The position numbers and the translations under genes are program-made. A DNA stretch of 64,000 nucleotides from Candidatus Bathyarchaeota archaeon (GTDB lineage Archaea > Thermoproteota > Bathyarchaeia > 40CM-2-53-6): contig CAVPLU010000016.1 of NCBI GenBank assembly GCA_963706285.1, positions 48,111 through 112,110 on the forward strand. The letters run 5' to 3'. The notes beneath the pieces were generated by a model that saw only the letters and a list, made by a program, of their open reading frames with translations, was not told where the DNA came from and did no database searches. Numbering within the stretch: position 1 is the stretch's first letter; the number at the start of each line of letters is the position of its first letter. Positions 28,287 to 39,847 of this stretch are shown here, piece by piece.

Positions 28287-29261
28287 TTGGTTCAGCTCAA
28301 TCTGGTTGGAGCCGTAAGGCTAGCTCTGAAACAAGAGATGGAGAGAGACCCGGACGTAGTTCTGCTCGGCGAAGATATCGGAATGGACGGTGGAGTATTT
28401 CGAGCCACAGATGGTCTGATCAAAGAATTTGGTGAGAACCGAGTTATCGACACGCCACTCTCCGAATCCGGAATAGTTGGTGTCGCCATAGGCTTGGCGG
28501 TATACGGTCTCAAACCCGTCGCAGAGATACAGTTCGAAGGTTTCCTTTACCCTGCGCTGGATCAAATCATCTCTCATGCTGGCAGGATTCGGAATCGATC
28601 GAGAGGGAGATTCCACGTACCGTTAGTGATCAGGTTCCCCTACGGCGGGGGAATCCGTGCACCCGAACATCATTCCGACAGTCCCGAGGCGTTGCTCGTC
28701 CACACTCCCGGGGTCAAGGTTGTGATGCCATCCACTCCATATGATGCAAAGGGGTTGCTGACGTCAGCGATTAGAGATCCTGACCCGGTATTGTTCATGG
28801 AGCCCAAGAGAATCTACCGCGCGATCGTCGAGGATGTCCCTGAAGACAATTATGTTGTTCCATTGAGCGAAGCCAAGGTTGTCAGAGAAGGGACAGATGT
28901 CACACTCGTCTCTTGGGGGGCCATGATGAGACTCTCCAGAGAAGCTGCTGAAAAAGTGAAGGACACTGTAAGTGTTGAAGTGATCGACCTTCGGACTCTC
29001 TCGCCGATGGACACAGCAACGATAACCAAATCGGTAGAGAAGACTGGAAAAGCTATAGTTGTGCACGAAGCGCCTAAGACCGCTGGACTCGGAGCGGAAA
29101 TTGCTGCGACCATCAACGAGACTGCTTTCCTTAGCCTCGAAGCGCCGATTGAAAGGGTCACAGGTTTCGACGTTCCATTCCCTCAGCATAAACTAGAGAA
29201 CTATTATCTTCCAGACACGGAGAGGATTATCAAAGCAATCGAGAAAGTGGCCGCTTTCTAG
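28287..29261 (+). CDS. pdhB: 2-oxoacid dehydrogenase E1 beta
   Basis: GEDIG..GGVFRAT, DTPLSE, EIQF and DLRTL. Confidence 0.93.
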   Translation: MVQLNLVGAVRLALKQEMERDPDVVLLGEDIGMDGGVFRATDGLIKEFGENRVIDTPLSESGIVGVAIGLAVYGLKPVAEIQFEGFLYPALDQIISHAGRIRNRSRGRFHVPLVIRFPYGGGIRAPEHHSDSPEALLVHTPGVKVVMPSTPYDAKGLLTSAIRDPDPVLFMEPKRIYRAIVEDVPEDNYVVPLSEAKVVREGTDVTLVSWGAMMRLSREAAEKVKDTVSVEVIDLRTLSPMDTATITKSVEKTGKAIVVHEAPKTAGLGAEIAATINETAFLSLEAPIERVTGFDVPFPQHKLENYYLPDTERIIKAIEKVAAF

Positions 29262-29271
29262 ATGATCTCAC

Positions 29272-30480
29272 ATGCCTACTGACTTCAAGTTTCCCGACAT
29301 CGGCGAAGGCATTACCGAGGGAGAAATCGTAAAGTGGGAAGTCAAAGAAGGCGACCGAGTACAAGAACACCAAACATTAGCTAGGATCGAAACAGACAAG
29401 GCAATAGCCGAAATACCATCTCCCAGATCCGGACTCATTCTGAAGATCTATCACAAAGAAGGCGACACGGTCAAAGTCGGAGAAACTCTCGTAACCATCG
29501 GAGAAGAAAGCGAAATCACCGCTAAGCCGCCGCAATCCCTCAGTCGCCCTACGGCTTCAGTCGTCGGAGTACTGGAAGAAGCGCACACCGAACCTCCCGG
29601 CCCGTTGAGAATAGCCGCCACCCCTGTGACTAGAAGATTGGCAAGAGAACTCGGCGTCGACCTATCGCAGGTTACAGGCACAGGCCTCCAAAACAGGATT
29701 ACTGAGGATGATGTGCGTAAGTTCGCCGAGTCAAAGAAGGCGAGGGTTGAGGCAGTCGCGACGCCTACGCAAAAGCAGGATACCTACGGATGCTACGAAA
29801 CCATCCCGATGAAGGGCATACGAAAAAGCGCAGCCAAAAGATTGACGGAATCAGCTAGAACAGCGGTTCATGTTACTCACATGGATGACGCCGACGTAAC
29901 TGAACTCGTCGCGTTTAGAGGAAAGGAGAACAAGATCGCAGAAAAGAGGGGCATCCACCTCACTTACATGCCGTTTGTAGTTAAGGCCGCTGTGGCGGCG
30001 CTGAAGCAGTACCCATACCTGAACTCTTCAATAGACGACAAACATGAAGAGATCATCCTCAAGAAGTACTACAACATTGGAGTAGCAGTCGATACGCCGG
30101 ACGGTCTAATTGTTCCTGTTGTCAAGAGTGCGGATGAGAAGGATATTTTCACAATTGCTCAGGAAATTCAGACTCTGACTGAGAAGGCGCAGTCACGAGA
30201 CATCAGTCTATCAGACCTTAGAGGAGGAACCTTCACAATCACTAACATCGGCTTCATAGGAGGAACGCATGCAACACCCATAATCAACTATCCAGAAACT
30301 GCGATCCTAGCAACAGGACGCATATGCGATACACCAGTTGTTCGAGACGGGCAGGTCGTGATTCGAAGCATAATGCCGCTATCGCTATCCTTCGATCACA
30401 GAGTAATTGACGGAGCCCTCGCAGCACGTTTCGTCAATATGTTCATCAAATTTCTGCAAGATCCCAGTCTCCTGATGTGA
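29272..30480 (+). CDS. pdhC: Dihydrolipoamide acyltransferase E2
   Basis: Lipoyl motif ETDKA, E3-binding domain and DHRVIDG. Confidence 0.93.
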   Translation: MPTDFKFPDIGEGITEGEIVKWEVKEGDRVQEHQTLARIETDKAIAEIPSPRSGLILKIYHKEGDTVKVGETLVTIGEESEITAKPPQSLSRPTASVVGVLEEAHTEPPGPLRIAATPVTRRLARELGVDLSQVTGTGLQNRITEDDVRKFAESKKARVEAVATPTQKQDTYGCYETIPMKGIRKSAAKRLTESARTAVHVTHMDDADVTELVAFRGKENKIAEKRGIHLTYMPFVVKAAVAALKQYPYLNSSIDDKHEEIILKKYYNIGVAVDTPDGLIVPVVKSADEKDIFTIAQEIQTLTEKAQSRDISLSDLRGGTFTITNIGFIGGTHATPIINYPETAILATGRICDTPVVRDGQVVIRSIMPLSLSFDHRVIDGALAARFVNMFIKFLQDPSLLM

Positions 30481-31120
30481 CACGGAGAAACTGAACAAAA
30501 ACACGCTCTTCTCATGAGTGATCCCGGGAACACCCGCAGAGAACACAACACCCCAGAAGAAATCACGCCAGAAATAGGGGGAATTCCCGTCGGAACACGT
30601 CACTTTCAATTCTCTTCAATTGTTCACCATCTGTCAGTCACAGGGAGTCCGGCAACTACAACTGTCGCAATCACTGCCTGTCCGTATGTGATAAGCGACT
30701 CCGGAACCTCGCTGGCTTTGCAGGTAACAGGATAGTCGTGCACAGAAGCAGCCAGCGCCGTGACCCCCGTACGGTTTCACCTCCGTTCAATTACCCGTCA
30801 TAATGTAGGCGAAGGCGAGGCTTACGTTTTTGACTTTACAATCGTAATGTAGGTAACGCCCTCAGGCTTACTGCTGGGCCCTTCAATGTTGACAGACGTT
30901 TCCACATGTACTTCGATAAGCATTCAATCTTTCTTTTCGTCTGGAACCTAAAGTTCAGCATATGTCGGGATCAGCATTAGGACGTCGCTTTCATCATGTA
31001 GCATACGAGAAACGTAGAGCCACGAATTTAGACGAGGTTCGCTGAATCGGTGAAGGCCGAAAGCCGCCAGGGCAAGCTACCGTGGGAAGGCGTCTCGTGT
31101 AGACGATGGCGGGATGAGAT

Positions 31121-31525
31121 CTAGATCCCCAACAGAAAATCGAGCGAGTATATGCCGCCTCCAAGCATAGCCAGAGCTAGCGCGGCTAGCATCAAAGTGA
31201 TGTCCAGCTCGTATCCGCCGAAGTACTTCTTCTTCATCTTTCCTTTCGCAAGCCAAGTTGTTGATAGCATCCACAGGGCTGAGAGCAACGCGACAATCTG
31301 AGTGAATACGCCTAAGAGAAGAGCTAGGCCTCCGAAGAATTCGACCACACCAGCGAAGCCGGCAAAGCCCGAAGAAAAACCCATACTCTTCAACCATTCC
31401 CCAGTGCCTTTCCTTTGTGCTGTCAGCTTTGGGTAGCCATGAATCATGAATAGGGTTCCTATGGCCAAGCGCAAAAGCAGCGATGCCGTACTCAAGTGAA
31501 GGCCAAAAATCGATCCAATGGTCAT
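31121..31525 (-). CDS. DoxX family membrane protein
   Basis: LLLRLAIG..HGYPK, EFFGG and GGYE. Confidence 0.88.
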   Translation of the reverse strand: MTIGSIFGLHLSTASLLLRLAIGTLFMIHGYPKLTAQRKGTGEWLKSMGFSSGFAGFAGVVEFFGGLALLLGVFTQIVALLSALWMLSTTWLAKGKMKKKYFGGYELDITLMLAALALAMLGGGIYSLDFLLGI

Positions 31526-31540
31526 TCAGTCACCTCCGTC

Positions 31541-31640
31541 TCAGTTTCTTTCCAGAAACTCTTTCAGGACAAGTGCTTGGTTGTGCAGTTCGTCCTTGGC
31601 AGAATATAAGAGAGTCAGCGTACCCTTTTTCGACGGGCAT
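31541..31640 (-). pseudogene. C-terminal remnant of a DUF488/YeaO family gene
   Basis: GTLTLLYSAKDELHNQALVLKEFL. The N-terminus is missing. Confidence 0.6.
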
Positions 31641-31742
31641 AACAATCCTGCACGGCGTCTTTGAACGTGCATGTAGGATCTCGTCCGATCTCCTGAAGAG
31701 GAGGAGCATCGTGACTTATCGAAGTGAAAAGAGGACCAACAG

Positions 31743-32371
31743 TTGGACATCATTTTCTTTCTGAGAGGATTGGTCATCGGCCTCTCGATTGCGGCACCTG
31801 TTGGGCCAATTGGAGTGCTCTGTATTCGTCGCACATTGACCGAAGGTCGAAGGGTCGGGCTGCTCACAGGTCTGGGAGCTGCGTCGGCTGATGCCATATA
31901 CGGGTACGTTGCTGGTTTCGGGCTAGTATTCATCTCAAGTGTTCTGGTCAGTCAACAGATCTGGCTTAGGATAATAGGAGGTTTGTTTCTCTGTTTTCTC
32001 GGCCTCAAAACGCTTCTTTCTCGACCTGCTGAAAAAGCCGCGTCCAACTCAGACGATATGGTCATGCAGAAGCTTATGTCTCAACGTTCTTTCTGACACT
32101 AACCAACCCTATGACGATCCTTTCCTTTTTGGCAATATTCGCCGGGTTGGGGTTGAGTGGAGGAAGCTATGTTTCCGCGGGACTGCTAGTGTTGGGAGTT
32201 TTCTCAGGATCGGCTCTCTGGTGGCTCTTACTAAGCGGACTGGTTAGCGCTTTTCGAAGTGGATTCGACGCTCACCGATTGCAGTGGGTGAATAGGATTT
32301 CTGGCATGATCATATTGGCGTTTGGTGTATTCGCTATCCTAAGCCTGACACAATTCGTAGGTTTGAATTGA
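31743..32371 (+). CDS. LysE family translocator (frameshift near 32050-32090)
   Basis: AAPVGPIG in the first frame, LTNPMTIL..W in the second. Confidence 0.85.
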
Positions 32372-32395
32372 CTGATACTATCCTGGATCCGATCT

Positions 32396-33340
32396 TCAAG
32401 AATAGGAACTAACAACCTCGTCCGCGAACAGATCCATGGCTTCGAGCTGCCGTCGTGGTTCGAAATTCACAATGAGATACTCTATTCCTACGTTTCTGAA
32501 TTCTTCGATCTGACGGCGGACGTCTTCTGGAGTTCCGTAGATCACGAACTCCCTTCGCATCTGGTCTGGAAACTGTTTGTAAGTTTCTGCGATCCTGTTC
32601 TCAACTGCCTGTCTATCTTTGTCTATCGCGACAGTTCCAAGTTTCGTCTTTAGAATCGAACCGTAATCCCTGCCCACGACTGTACAGTGATCACGAAGAA
32701 CCGCGAGTTTCTTCTTCACGGTCTCGGGAGAGCCAAAGAGGTTGCAGGCGTCGCCATATTTGGCGACGGTTCTCAAGGTTCTATGTTCTCCGCTGCCTCC
32801 GATCAAAATTGGCGGATGCGGTTTTTGGATGGGTAGAGGATTGCAGTATGCTCCGCGGATTTGATAGAAATGGCCGTTGAAATTGGCGGGTTGTTCAGTC
32901 CACATTTTCCGAATAACTTGAACAGCTTCGTCAAGGCGTTCTAGGCGTTCTTTCGTTGAGGGAAATGGAATCCCGTATGCGTTGGACTCGTCTTCGTTCC
33001 ACGCACCCCCTATGCCCATGAATAGTCTGCCTTTGCTTAGGACGTCGAGAGTTGCGCCGATCTTCGCTACAACCGAAGGGTGCCTGTACACGTTCCCCGT
33101 CACGAGTGTTCCGAGCCTGATCTTGGAAGTGAACCCGGAAAGCCCGGACAGTGTGGTCCAGCTCTCCAGCATAGGTTCGTGTGGATCTCCCACATGTTCG
33201 ATTTGATGAAAATGGTCCATAACCCAAAACGAATCGAAGCCTAGACGTTCAGCCTGTGTGACGACTCGACGCAGGGAATCCACAATTTCGGAGCCTGTCC
33301 CATCGTAGGAGAAGTTGGGATGCTGTACACCGAATTTCAT
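32396..33340 (-). CDS. LLM-class F420-dependent oxidoreductase
   Basis: GFDSFWVMDH, RLGTLV, DVLSKGR and ILIGGSGE. Confidence 0.92.
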   Translation of the reverse strand: MKFGVQHPNFSYDGTGSEIVDSLRRVVTQAERLGFDSFWVMDHFHQIEHVGDPHEPMLESWTTLSGLSGFTSKIRLGTLVTGNVYRHPSVVAKIGATLDVLSKGRLFMGIGGAWNEDESNAYGIPFPSTKERLERLDEAVQVIRKMWTEQPANFNGHFYQIRGAYCNPLPIQKPHPPILIGGSGEHRTLRTVAKYGDACNLFGSPETVKKKLAVLRDHCTVVGRDYGSILKTKLGTVAIDKDRQAVENRIAETYKQFPDQMRREFVIYGTPEDVRRQIEEFRNVGIEYLIVNFEPRRQLEAMDLFADEVVSSYS

Positions 33341-33486
33341 TAGACAACCTCACACACGAAGTATACTCGGATTCTAATTAGTCAGTTGCTTTAATGATGA
33401 GGATTAGAGAAAACGTAATGACGTGACGCCATGGCAGGCGAAGACAATCATTATTCGAACTTACCGTTGCATAATGAGGCTGGACT

Positions 33487-34011
33487 CTAGCGAATCTTTC
33501 TCAATCCTTTCGGATACCGCAGTGCCAAGTCTGCGTAGACATCCTTGTATTTGCTCCAAACCTGTTTGTCGGAGTCCGATACGTCTCTGATTATTTTCGC
33601 TGGAACACCAACAGCGACTTTTCCGTCTGGGATTGAAGCTCCGCTTGCGACGACGGCGCCTTCACCTACGATGCTCCAAACTCCTACTGTTGCGTAGTCG
33701 CTTACGATCGCGCCAACGCCTATCACAGCATAGTCTTTGACTGTGCAGTTGTGGAGTATGGCGCCATGCCCGATTTGGACATAATTTCCAACTTCGCATT
33801 TTTCGTTCATACGTGCATGTAGAATGCAGTTCTCTTGCACGCTTGTCTTGTCGCCAATTATGATAGATCCGTAGTCTCCTCTAATTCTAGCGCCTGCGCC
33901 GATGTAACATTGAGCTCCGATCCTGACATCGCCGATAACCTTCGCATCCTCATCGACGTACGCTGTCGAGGCAATAGAGGGGATCCGTCCCTCAAACTCA
34001 TGTATTGTCAA
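33487..34011 (-). CDS. Gamma carbonic anhydrase family protein
   Basis: Hexapeptide repeats, RGD, QEN..H and GH.AILH. Confidence 0.92.
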   Translation of the reverse strand: MTIHEFEGRIPSIASTAYVDEDAKVIGDVRIGAQCYIGAGARIRGDYGSIIIGDKTSVQENCILHARMNEKCEVGNYVQIGHGAILHNCTVKDYAVIGVGAIVSDYATVGVWSIVGEGAVVASGASIPDGKVAVGVPAKIIRDVSDSDKQVWSKYKDVYADLALRYPKGLRKIR

Positions 34012-34040
34012 ATCATTTTCCGCCTAGTTTGGCCAATTTC

Positions 34041-34389
34041 CTATTTGCGGAGGTAGTCGTCTTTTCCGCTGAGCCAGTCCTCTCTAATCGGGCTGAAGAC
34101 ATCTAGATCCAGAGTCTCCTCAAGAGCCACCGCGCTATGTTCAACCGATGATGGGATATGAAGAACTTCACCCTCGTTCAGCGTCACTTCCTTGTCAGGA
34201 AGACGGAGCCTTAGAGATCCTTTGAGAATGTAGGTCATCTGTTCGCTTTCGTGGCTGTGCGAGGGAACAATGCATCCCTTCTTGAGGAAGACCTGAGCAA
34301 GCATCACTTTCTTGCCTGTGATCAATTTGCGCGATAACTTGTCGGTTACCTTCTCCTCCAGGAATCTTGCTCCAGTTGTAGTGGCTCAT
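34041..34389 (-). CDS. Cupin domain protein (frameshift near 34360)
   Basis: HSHESEQ and IPSSVEH. N-terminus MSHYNWSKIP is in a different frame. Confidence 0.85.
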
Positions 34390-34536
34390 TGAAATCACAC
34401 AGAACTGGAAAACTGTTTCACTATTTAAGTCGGGTTCCATCGACAATCATTCGATTGGCCGAGTGAAAGAATCAGAATTCTGTGACGGAGCGCATTTATA
34501 GAGAAACGTCTGTGAGAACCCGGTCTGGCTAAGAGT

Positions 34537-35207
34537 TTGGAAATAGCAAAAGGCATTCATCTTATCCCGAGAGTAAGAGGCGCGAACGCGTATCTCGTCA
34601 AGAGCGACAGCGGCATAGTAGTCGTGGATACCGGTCTGCCTGGAAACGCGGACAAGATACTAGACTATGTCGAAAGCATCGGTTGCCATCCTTCAGACAT
34701 CAAAACAATAGTCTTGACTCATTCCGACATGGATCACATGCAGGAAGCGTTGCTCGACTGAAAGAAGAGACGAACGCAAAGGTGGCGATCCATGAAGCCG
34801 ACGCGCCGAGACTATCCGGAGAAAAGGAACCAAAGACGGTGAAAGGGGTTCTTGGCGTGTTCCTTCGCGTAATTGGCCTCTTTATGAGGTTCACCCGAGT
34901 GAAGGCCGATGTTCTTTTGAAAGATTCAGACACCATTGATGGGTTGACTGTAGTCCATACTCCGGGACACACTGACGGTAGCATCTGTCTCTACCTTCCA
35001 GGCCAGGCAATCTTCGTCGGAGACGCCCTTCTTACTGACGGTGAACGTATGCTGACTCTTCCCCGGAGATCCATGAGCGTGGATATGAATCAAGGAAAGG
35101 AGTCTATCAAGAAACTGTTAATGCTGAACTATTCGGTTTTGTTGCCCGGTCACGGGCCACCGATCGAGCAGAATGCGTCAACGGTGACGAAAGGAGTTCG
35201 TTGCTAG
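34537..35207 (+). CDS. Metallo-beta-lactamase fold hydrolase (frameshift near 34740)
   Basis: THSDMDH, TPGHT, GD and PGHG, split over two frames. Confidence 0.88.
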
Positions 35208-35291
35208 CCTATGAACTGGCTATGTGAACTCGGCATCAACTGGTGCGTGAACTAATTCGCGATCCGAAACTGGAGTGCGACCAAACTGCAG

Positions 35292-36633
35292 GTGAAGGTG
35301 AACGATCGGCACGAAATTTTCGGCTGGGCTATGTACGATTGGGCGAACAGCGCTTTCGCGACAACTGTCTCTGCGGTCTTCCTAGGTCCATATCTGACGA
35401 CTCTGGCAAAGGCTGCTTCTGACAAGAATGGATTCGTGTACTTGCTCGGTATCGGGATTGCTCCTGCATCATTCCTGCCATATGCCGTGTCATTGTCAGC
35501 GCTGTTACAGGTTTTGATTCTACCGATATTGGGGGCAATAGCCGACTACTCGCACTTACGTAAGCGCATGCTAATGATCTTCACCGCGCTGGGTGCGACT
35601 GCCACGACGCTACTGTTCTTCGTGGAAGGGAACTTGTGGTGGCTCGGTGGAGTCCTATATTTGATCGCGAGTCTCTCCTTCGCCGCATGCATTGTCTTCT
35701 ACAATTCCTATCTTCCCGACATTGCAAGTGAGGATCAACGCGATCGCGTTTCCTCATTTGGTTGGGCGCTCGGCTATCTTGGCGGCGGACTATTACTGGT
35801 GTTCAATCTCGCATTCTACCAAGCAAGCCCTTGGATCTTCGGTGAAGCAAGTACAGGCTTGACTCGTTCGTCTCAATTTGGCGTCGGCTGGCATATGGTG
35901 GATGGGATGGTCAATTTGGACTTTCATGACTTTACGACCTCGCAATGGGGTACCCAAATTGCTCGAAGGCGAGGCCTATCTCACGATTGGCTTCAGAGAA
36001 ATGGCGGCAACACTTCGCGAGATGCGACGTTATCCGCAGACTCTTCGTTTTCTCTTGGCGTATCTGATCTACAACGACGGAGTGCAGACAGTGGTCGTTA
36101 CAGCAGCGATTTTTGGAGCAGAGGCTCTGAAGATTTCACAGTCGACGCTCGTCCTCGTGATTTTGATGGTGCAAGTCGTGGCTTTCTTTGGAGCGCTCCT
36201 TTTCGGTAGGATTGCTGGTCTGGTCTCCGCTAAGACCGCAGTACTCATCAGTCTAGCGATTTGGTCTGGAACGGCATTCTACACCTATGGATTTCTCTCA
36301 AGCGAATTCGAGTTCTGGCTGCTCGGCGGCGTAATTGCGCTCGTCCTCGGAGGGAGTCAAGCGTTAAGCCGAAGCATCTACGCCCAGATGATACCTAAGC
36401 ACAGGGAAGCCGAGTTCTTTTCTTTCTACGAGTTGGCCGATCGTGGCAGCTCCTTGTTGGGACCACTTGTCTTCGGTTTGACAAATCAATGGCTCGGCAG
36501 TCTCCGATACGCGGCCTTGTCAGTGAGCTTCTTCTTCGTGGCAGGCCTAGCATTATTGACGCGTGTGAATGTTCAGAAAGCAATACAAGACTCACGAGTC
36601 AGGCAAACACACGATCCTACAGTCAGAAGCTAG
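35292..36633 (+). CDS. MFS transporter, UMF1/Atg22 type (frameshift near 35865)
   Basis: WAMYDWANSAF, FYNSYLP, GYLGG, YNDG and QALSRS. Confidence 0.88.
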
Positions 36634-36638
36634 CGGGC

Positions 36639-37481
36639 CTAGTGCTCGTTGCTTGATTGTGAGATCTTCGTTGGGTGTCGTTGCTCTATGTCTTTTCGCA
36701 GCATCTCAAGCTGATTCGGTCTATCGACATCCATCGCGATTTCCACATACGGACAAACAACCGGTCTGATCCTTAGACCTGTACGTTGAGCTATTCTCTT
36801 TACAACTCGATCCGAATCGATCGTGCCGAACGTCACCGAGAAGAGCGTGGAGTACCCAAGGTAGTGGATTATGATGCCGATTTTCTTGAGCAGGTCTCTG
36901 CGTCCTTCTGCTAGGCGATCCATAAGTTTGTAGTTCTCGGTGATCGCCGTGATTCGAAATGCATTGATCAGTCCTCCGCAGAAATCTATGTCCTTCAATC
37001 GTGTTCCTTCAAACGGAAACGGGCGCTTAGAGCCTGGATAGCGAGCTTCCAAATCTTGCCGTGTGACAATGGTATAGCATACATCTTGATCGGCTTCATT
37101 CGCAGAGTGAACCACCCAATCCACCATCTCGGAGGTGATTGCAGGTATGTCAGAAGTGACAAGAAGAGCGTACCGAGCTGTCGGATCTATCTCCGCGACT
37201 TTCTTGAATCCAACGCGTACGTTCTCAAGGAGACTGCCCTGGTTGGGTAGGAGGAAGTTACGCTTCGAGCAAGTCATCTCGTTTTCTGGTAGTCCGACAA
37301 TCACAATTTGGTCAATGGTCTTAGCGCCCACTAACGCATCCAGGACCCATTGGATCATTGGTTTCCCGCAGATATCCAAGAGAGCCTTCGGTTTCCCCAG
37401 TGTATATCTGTAAAGTGGATCATCGGGTTCAGGAATACCGCCGGCAATCACGACCGCATCCATTTTCGACTCCTTCCTCAC
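36639..37481 (-). CDS. MobA-like NTP transferase
   Basis: DAVVIAGG..KAL, SDIP and MDVD. Confidence 0.8.
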   Translation of the reverse strand: MRKESKMDAVVIAGGIPEPDDPLYRYTLGKPKALLDICGKPMIQWVLDALVGAKTIDQIVIVGLPENEMTCSKRNFLLPNQGSLLENVRVGFKKVAEIDPTARYALLVTSDIPAITSEMVDWVVHSANEADQDVCYTIVTRQDLEARYPGSKRPFPFEGTRLKDIDFCGGLINAFRITAITENYKLMDRLAEGRRDLLKKIGIIIHYLGYSTLFSVTFGTIDSDRVVKRIAQRTGLRIRPVVCPYVEIAMDVDRPNQLEMLRKDIEQRHPTKISQSSNEH

Positions 37482-37724
37482 AAAGACACAGACTGGGGAG
37501 TAGCCAGTTTCAGTCGAGAAAAGCTTTCTTAGGAATAATGGAGCGGAGAAGCGTCGACATGTGTGCGCACCACAGAATAGGAGACATAGACAATCAGCAT
37601 GGTTTGGAGTTCCGTGTGGAGGCTATGTGAAAGTCAGGTACAATTCGAAAAGAGATAGCTGCTTATGTAATAGCGCACGCGATTGAATCATGTAACAGGA
37701 AAGATGGAATTCCGGTAAATCATT

Positions 37725-39680
37725 ATGATACGTGCTGGTCGAAGGATCTATTCTCCGGACTCCCCCGACGAGAGATCCAAAGTTACCTGGGGGTTGCTGC
37801 GACGCGTCTTGAACTATGCTCGCCCCTACCGTTGGTGGATTCTCTGGATGTTGATCCTTACCTTGGTCACCACGGGCCTCTCATTGCTGACCCCCTTGAT
37901 CCTGCGTGATCTTATCGACCGGACTCTCCCGCAGCGCGATGTTTCACACCTGATCTTGCTCATTTTTGGATTGCTTACGATCCCCGTCTTGACCGGTGCG
38001 CTCAATGTGTGGCAACGACAGATCAACGCCCGGGTGGGCGAAGGCGTGGTCTATGATCTGCGCACAGCGCTCTTTTCTCATCTGCAACGGATGTCTCTGA
38101 GTTTTTTCACCCATACCAAACTTGGCGAATTGATGAGCCGCCTTAACAACGACGTGGTTGGCGCACAGAATGCTATCAGCAACACCTTCGTCAGCATCGT
38201 CACCAGTCTCATCCAGGCAGTGGTGCTGCTTTCCGTGATGTTCACATTGGAGTGGCGGTTGACGTTGATCAGCATTGCCATCTTGCCATTATTCCTTGTT
38301 GCCGCTCGCCAGTTGGGGAATCGTCTACGTAAGATTGCCCGTCTGCAATTGGATCTCAATGCAAACATGAACGCGATGATGAACGAGATGCTCAATATCA
38401 GTGGCGCATTGCTGGTCAAGCTCTTTGGGCGCATTGCCCAGGAAGATACACGCTTCGAAGAACGCGCCGCACGGGTACGCGACAGCGGCGTCCAGCGGGC
38501 TGTGTCGGGTACGCTTTTCTTTGCTAGCGTGGGGTTGCTAAGCGCGATCAGCACGGCGCTGGTTTATGGGGTCGGTGGTTACCTGGTCATTCAGGGTACG
38601 CTCACCATCGGTACAATTGTTGCCTTGGGCCTATACTTGGGCAGTCTGTATGGTGCATTGCAGAGCCTGACCAACGCACCGATAGACTTTGCCACATCCT
38701 TGGTTAGTTTCGAGCGCGTCTTTGAAGTACTAGATCTGCCGCTGGAAATTGACTCAAAACCTGGAGCATATGTATTGCAGGACGTTCGTGGCGTACTAGA
38801 GTTTGACGACGTCACCTTCCGGTACTCAGTGGACGAGAAGGGCTTGCTCAAGGACGTACGACGTTTTGGTCAGATGCAAGATGTCAAAGCGGTGCTCTCT
38901 AATGATTCAATGGAAGAGCGGCGAGACTTCGAGAATGTGGCTGAGGACGAGAAACTGGCCGCTCTCAGTCAGGCTCGTGACGAGGTGTTTGAGCATATCT
39001 CCTTCCGCGCCGAACCGGGGCAGCTGGTCGCATTGGTGGGGCCGAGTGGCGCGGGCAAGACAACACTCACCTATCTGATTCCGCGTCTTTACGATCCGAC
39101 TGCCGGTCGTATCTTGATTGACGGACATGATTTACGTGATGTGACGCTCGCCTCGCTCACCGCGCAGATCGGCATGGTCACGCAAGAGACATATCTGTTT
39201 CATGACACGATCCGGATGAACTTGCGTTATGCCAAGGCGGATGCCACGCAAGACGAAATCGAAAATGCGGCCAGAGCGGCCAACATCCACGATTTCGTGA
39301 TGGGTTTGCCGGACCGTTATGAGACAATTGTCGGGGAACGCGGTTATCGACTGAGTGGTGGCGAAAAGCAGCGGTTGTCACTGGCGCGGGTGATTCTGAA
39401 GAACCCACGCATTCTGGTGCTCGATGAGGCGACCAGCTCGTTAGACAGCGAATCTGAAGCCTTGATCCAGGAGGCCCTCAAGCGGGTCATGGCTGGACGT
39501 ACCTGCATTGTGATCGCCCACCGTTTGAGCACAATCTTGGCCGCCGATTTGATCCTCGTGATAGATCAAGGACAAATTGTGGAACGAGGTACTCACAACG
39601 AACTCCTAACGCAAGCGGGATTGTATGCACGGTTATATGAGACTCAGTTTCGTCGAGAATTGGAGAAAACCAACCCTTAG
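37725..39680 (+). CDS. ABC exporter, fused permease/ATPase
   Basis: TM domain, GPSGAGKT, LSGGEKQR, DEATS and IAHRLST. Confidence 0.95.
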   Translation: MIRAGRRIYSPDSPDERSKVTWGLLRRVLNYARPYRWWILWMLILTLVTTGLSLLTPLILRDLIDRTLPQRDVSHLILLIFGLLTIPVLTGALNVWQRQINARVGEGVVYDLRTALFSHLQRMSLSFFTHTKLGELMSRLNNDVVGAQNAISNTFVSIVTSLIQAVVLLSVMFTLEWRLTLISIAILPLFLVAARQLGNRLRKIARLQLDLNANMNAMMNEMLNISGALLVKLFGRIAQEDTRFEERAARVRDSGVQRAVSGTLFFASVGLLSAISTALVYGVGGYLVIQGTLTIGTIVALGLYLGSLYGALQSLTNAPIDFATSLVSFERVFEVLDLPLEIDSKPGAYVLQDVRGVLEFDDVTFRYSVDEKGLLKDVRRFGQMQDVKAVLSNDSMEERRDFENVAEDEKLAALSQARDEVFEHISFRAEPGQLVALVGPSGAGKTTLTYLIPRLYDPTAGRILIDGHDLRDVTLASLTAQIGMVTQETYLFHDTIRMNLRYAKADATQDEIENAARAANIHDFVMGLPDRYETIVGERGYRLSGGEKQRLSLARVILKNPRILVLDEATSSLDSESEALIQEALKRVMAGRTCIVIAHRLSTILAADLILVIDQGQIVERGTHNELLTQAGLYARLYETQFRRELEKTNP

Positions 39681-39847
39681 GGCGAAGCCTCACCAAAGAA
39701 GATCCGGACAGATGGGAATGAGAATTAGTAGCAAGGGTGCGCTATGGCGTTAGGTGCGAGCTTAGATTCTGCGAGCCACTTCGCCCTGACTTGATGAATC
39801 TATGCAGCGAGAACTAGGACGCGCGAGGGTTCAAATCCTGGATCCAT

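Noticed and set aside
39821-39842. tRNA fragment or att site
   Set aside because: Only the T-loop-like GGTTCAAATCC matches. No ACCA in register and no CCACACA, so it is too weak on its own.
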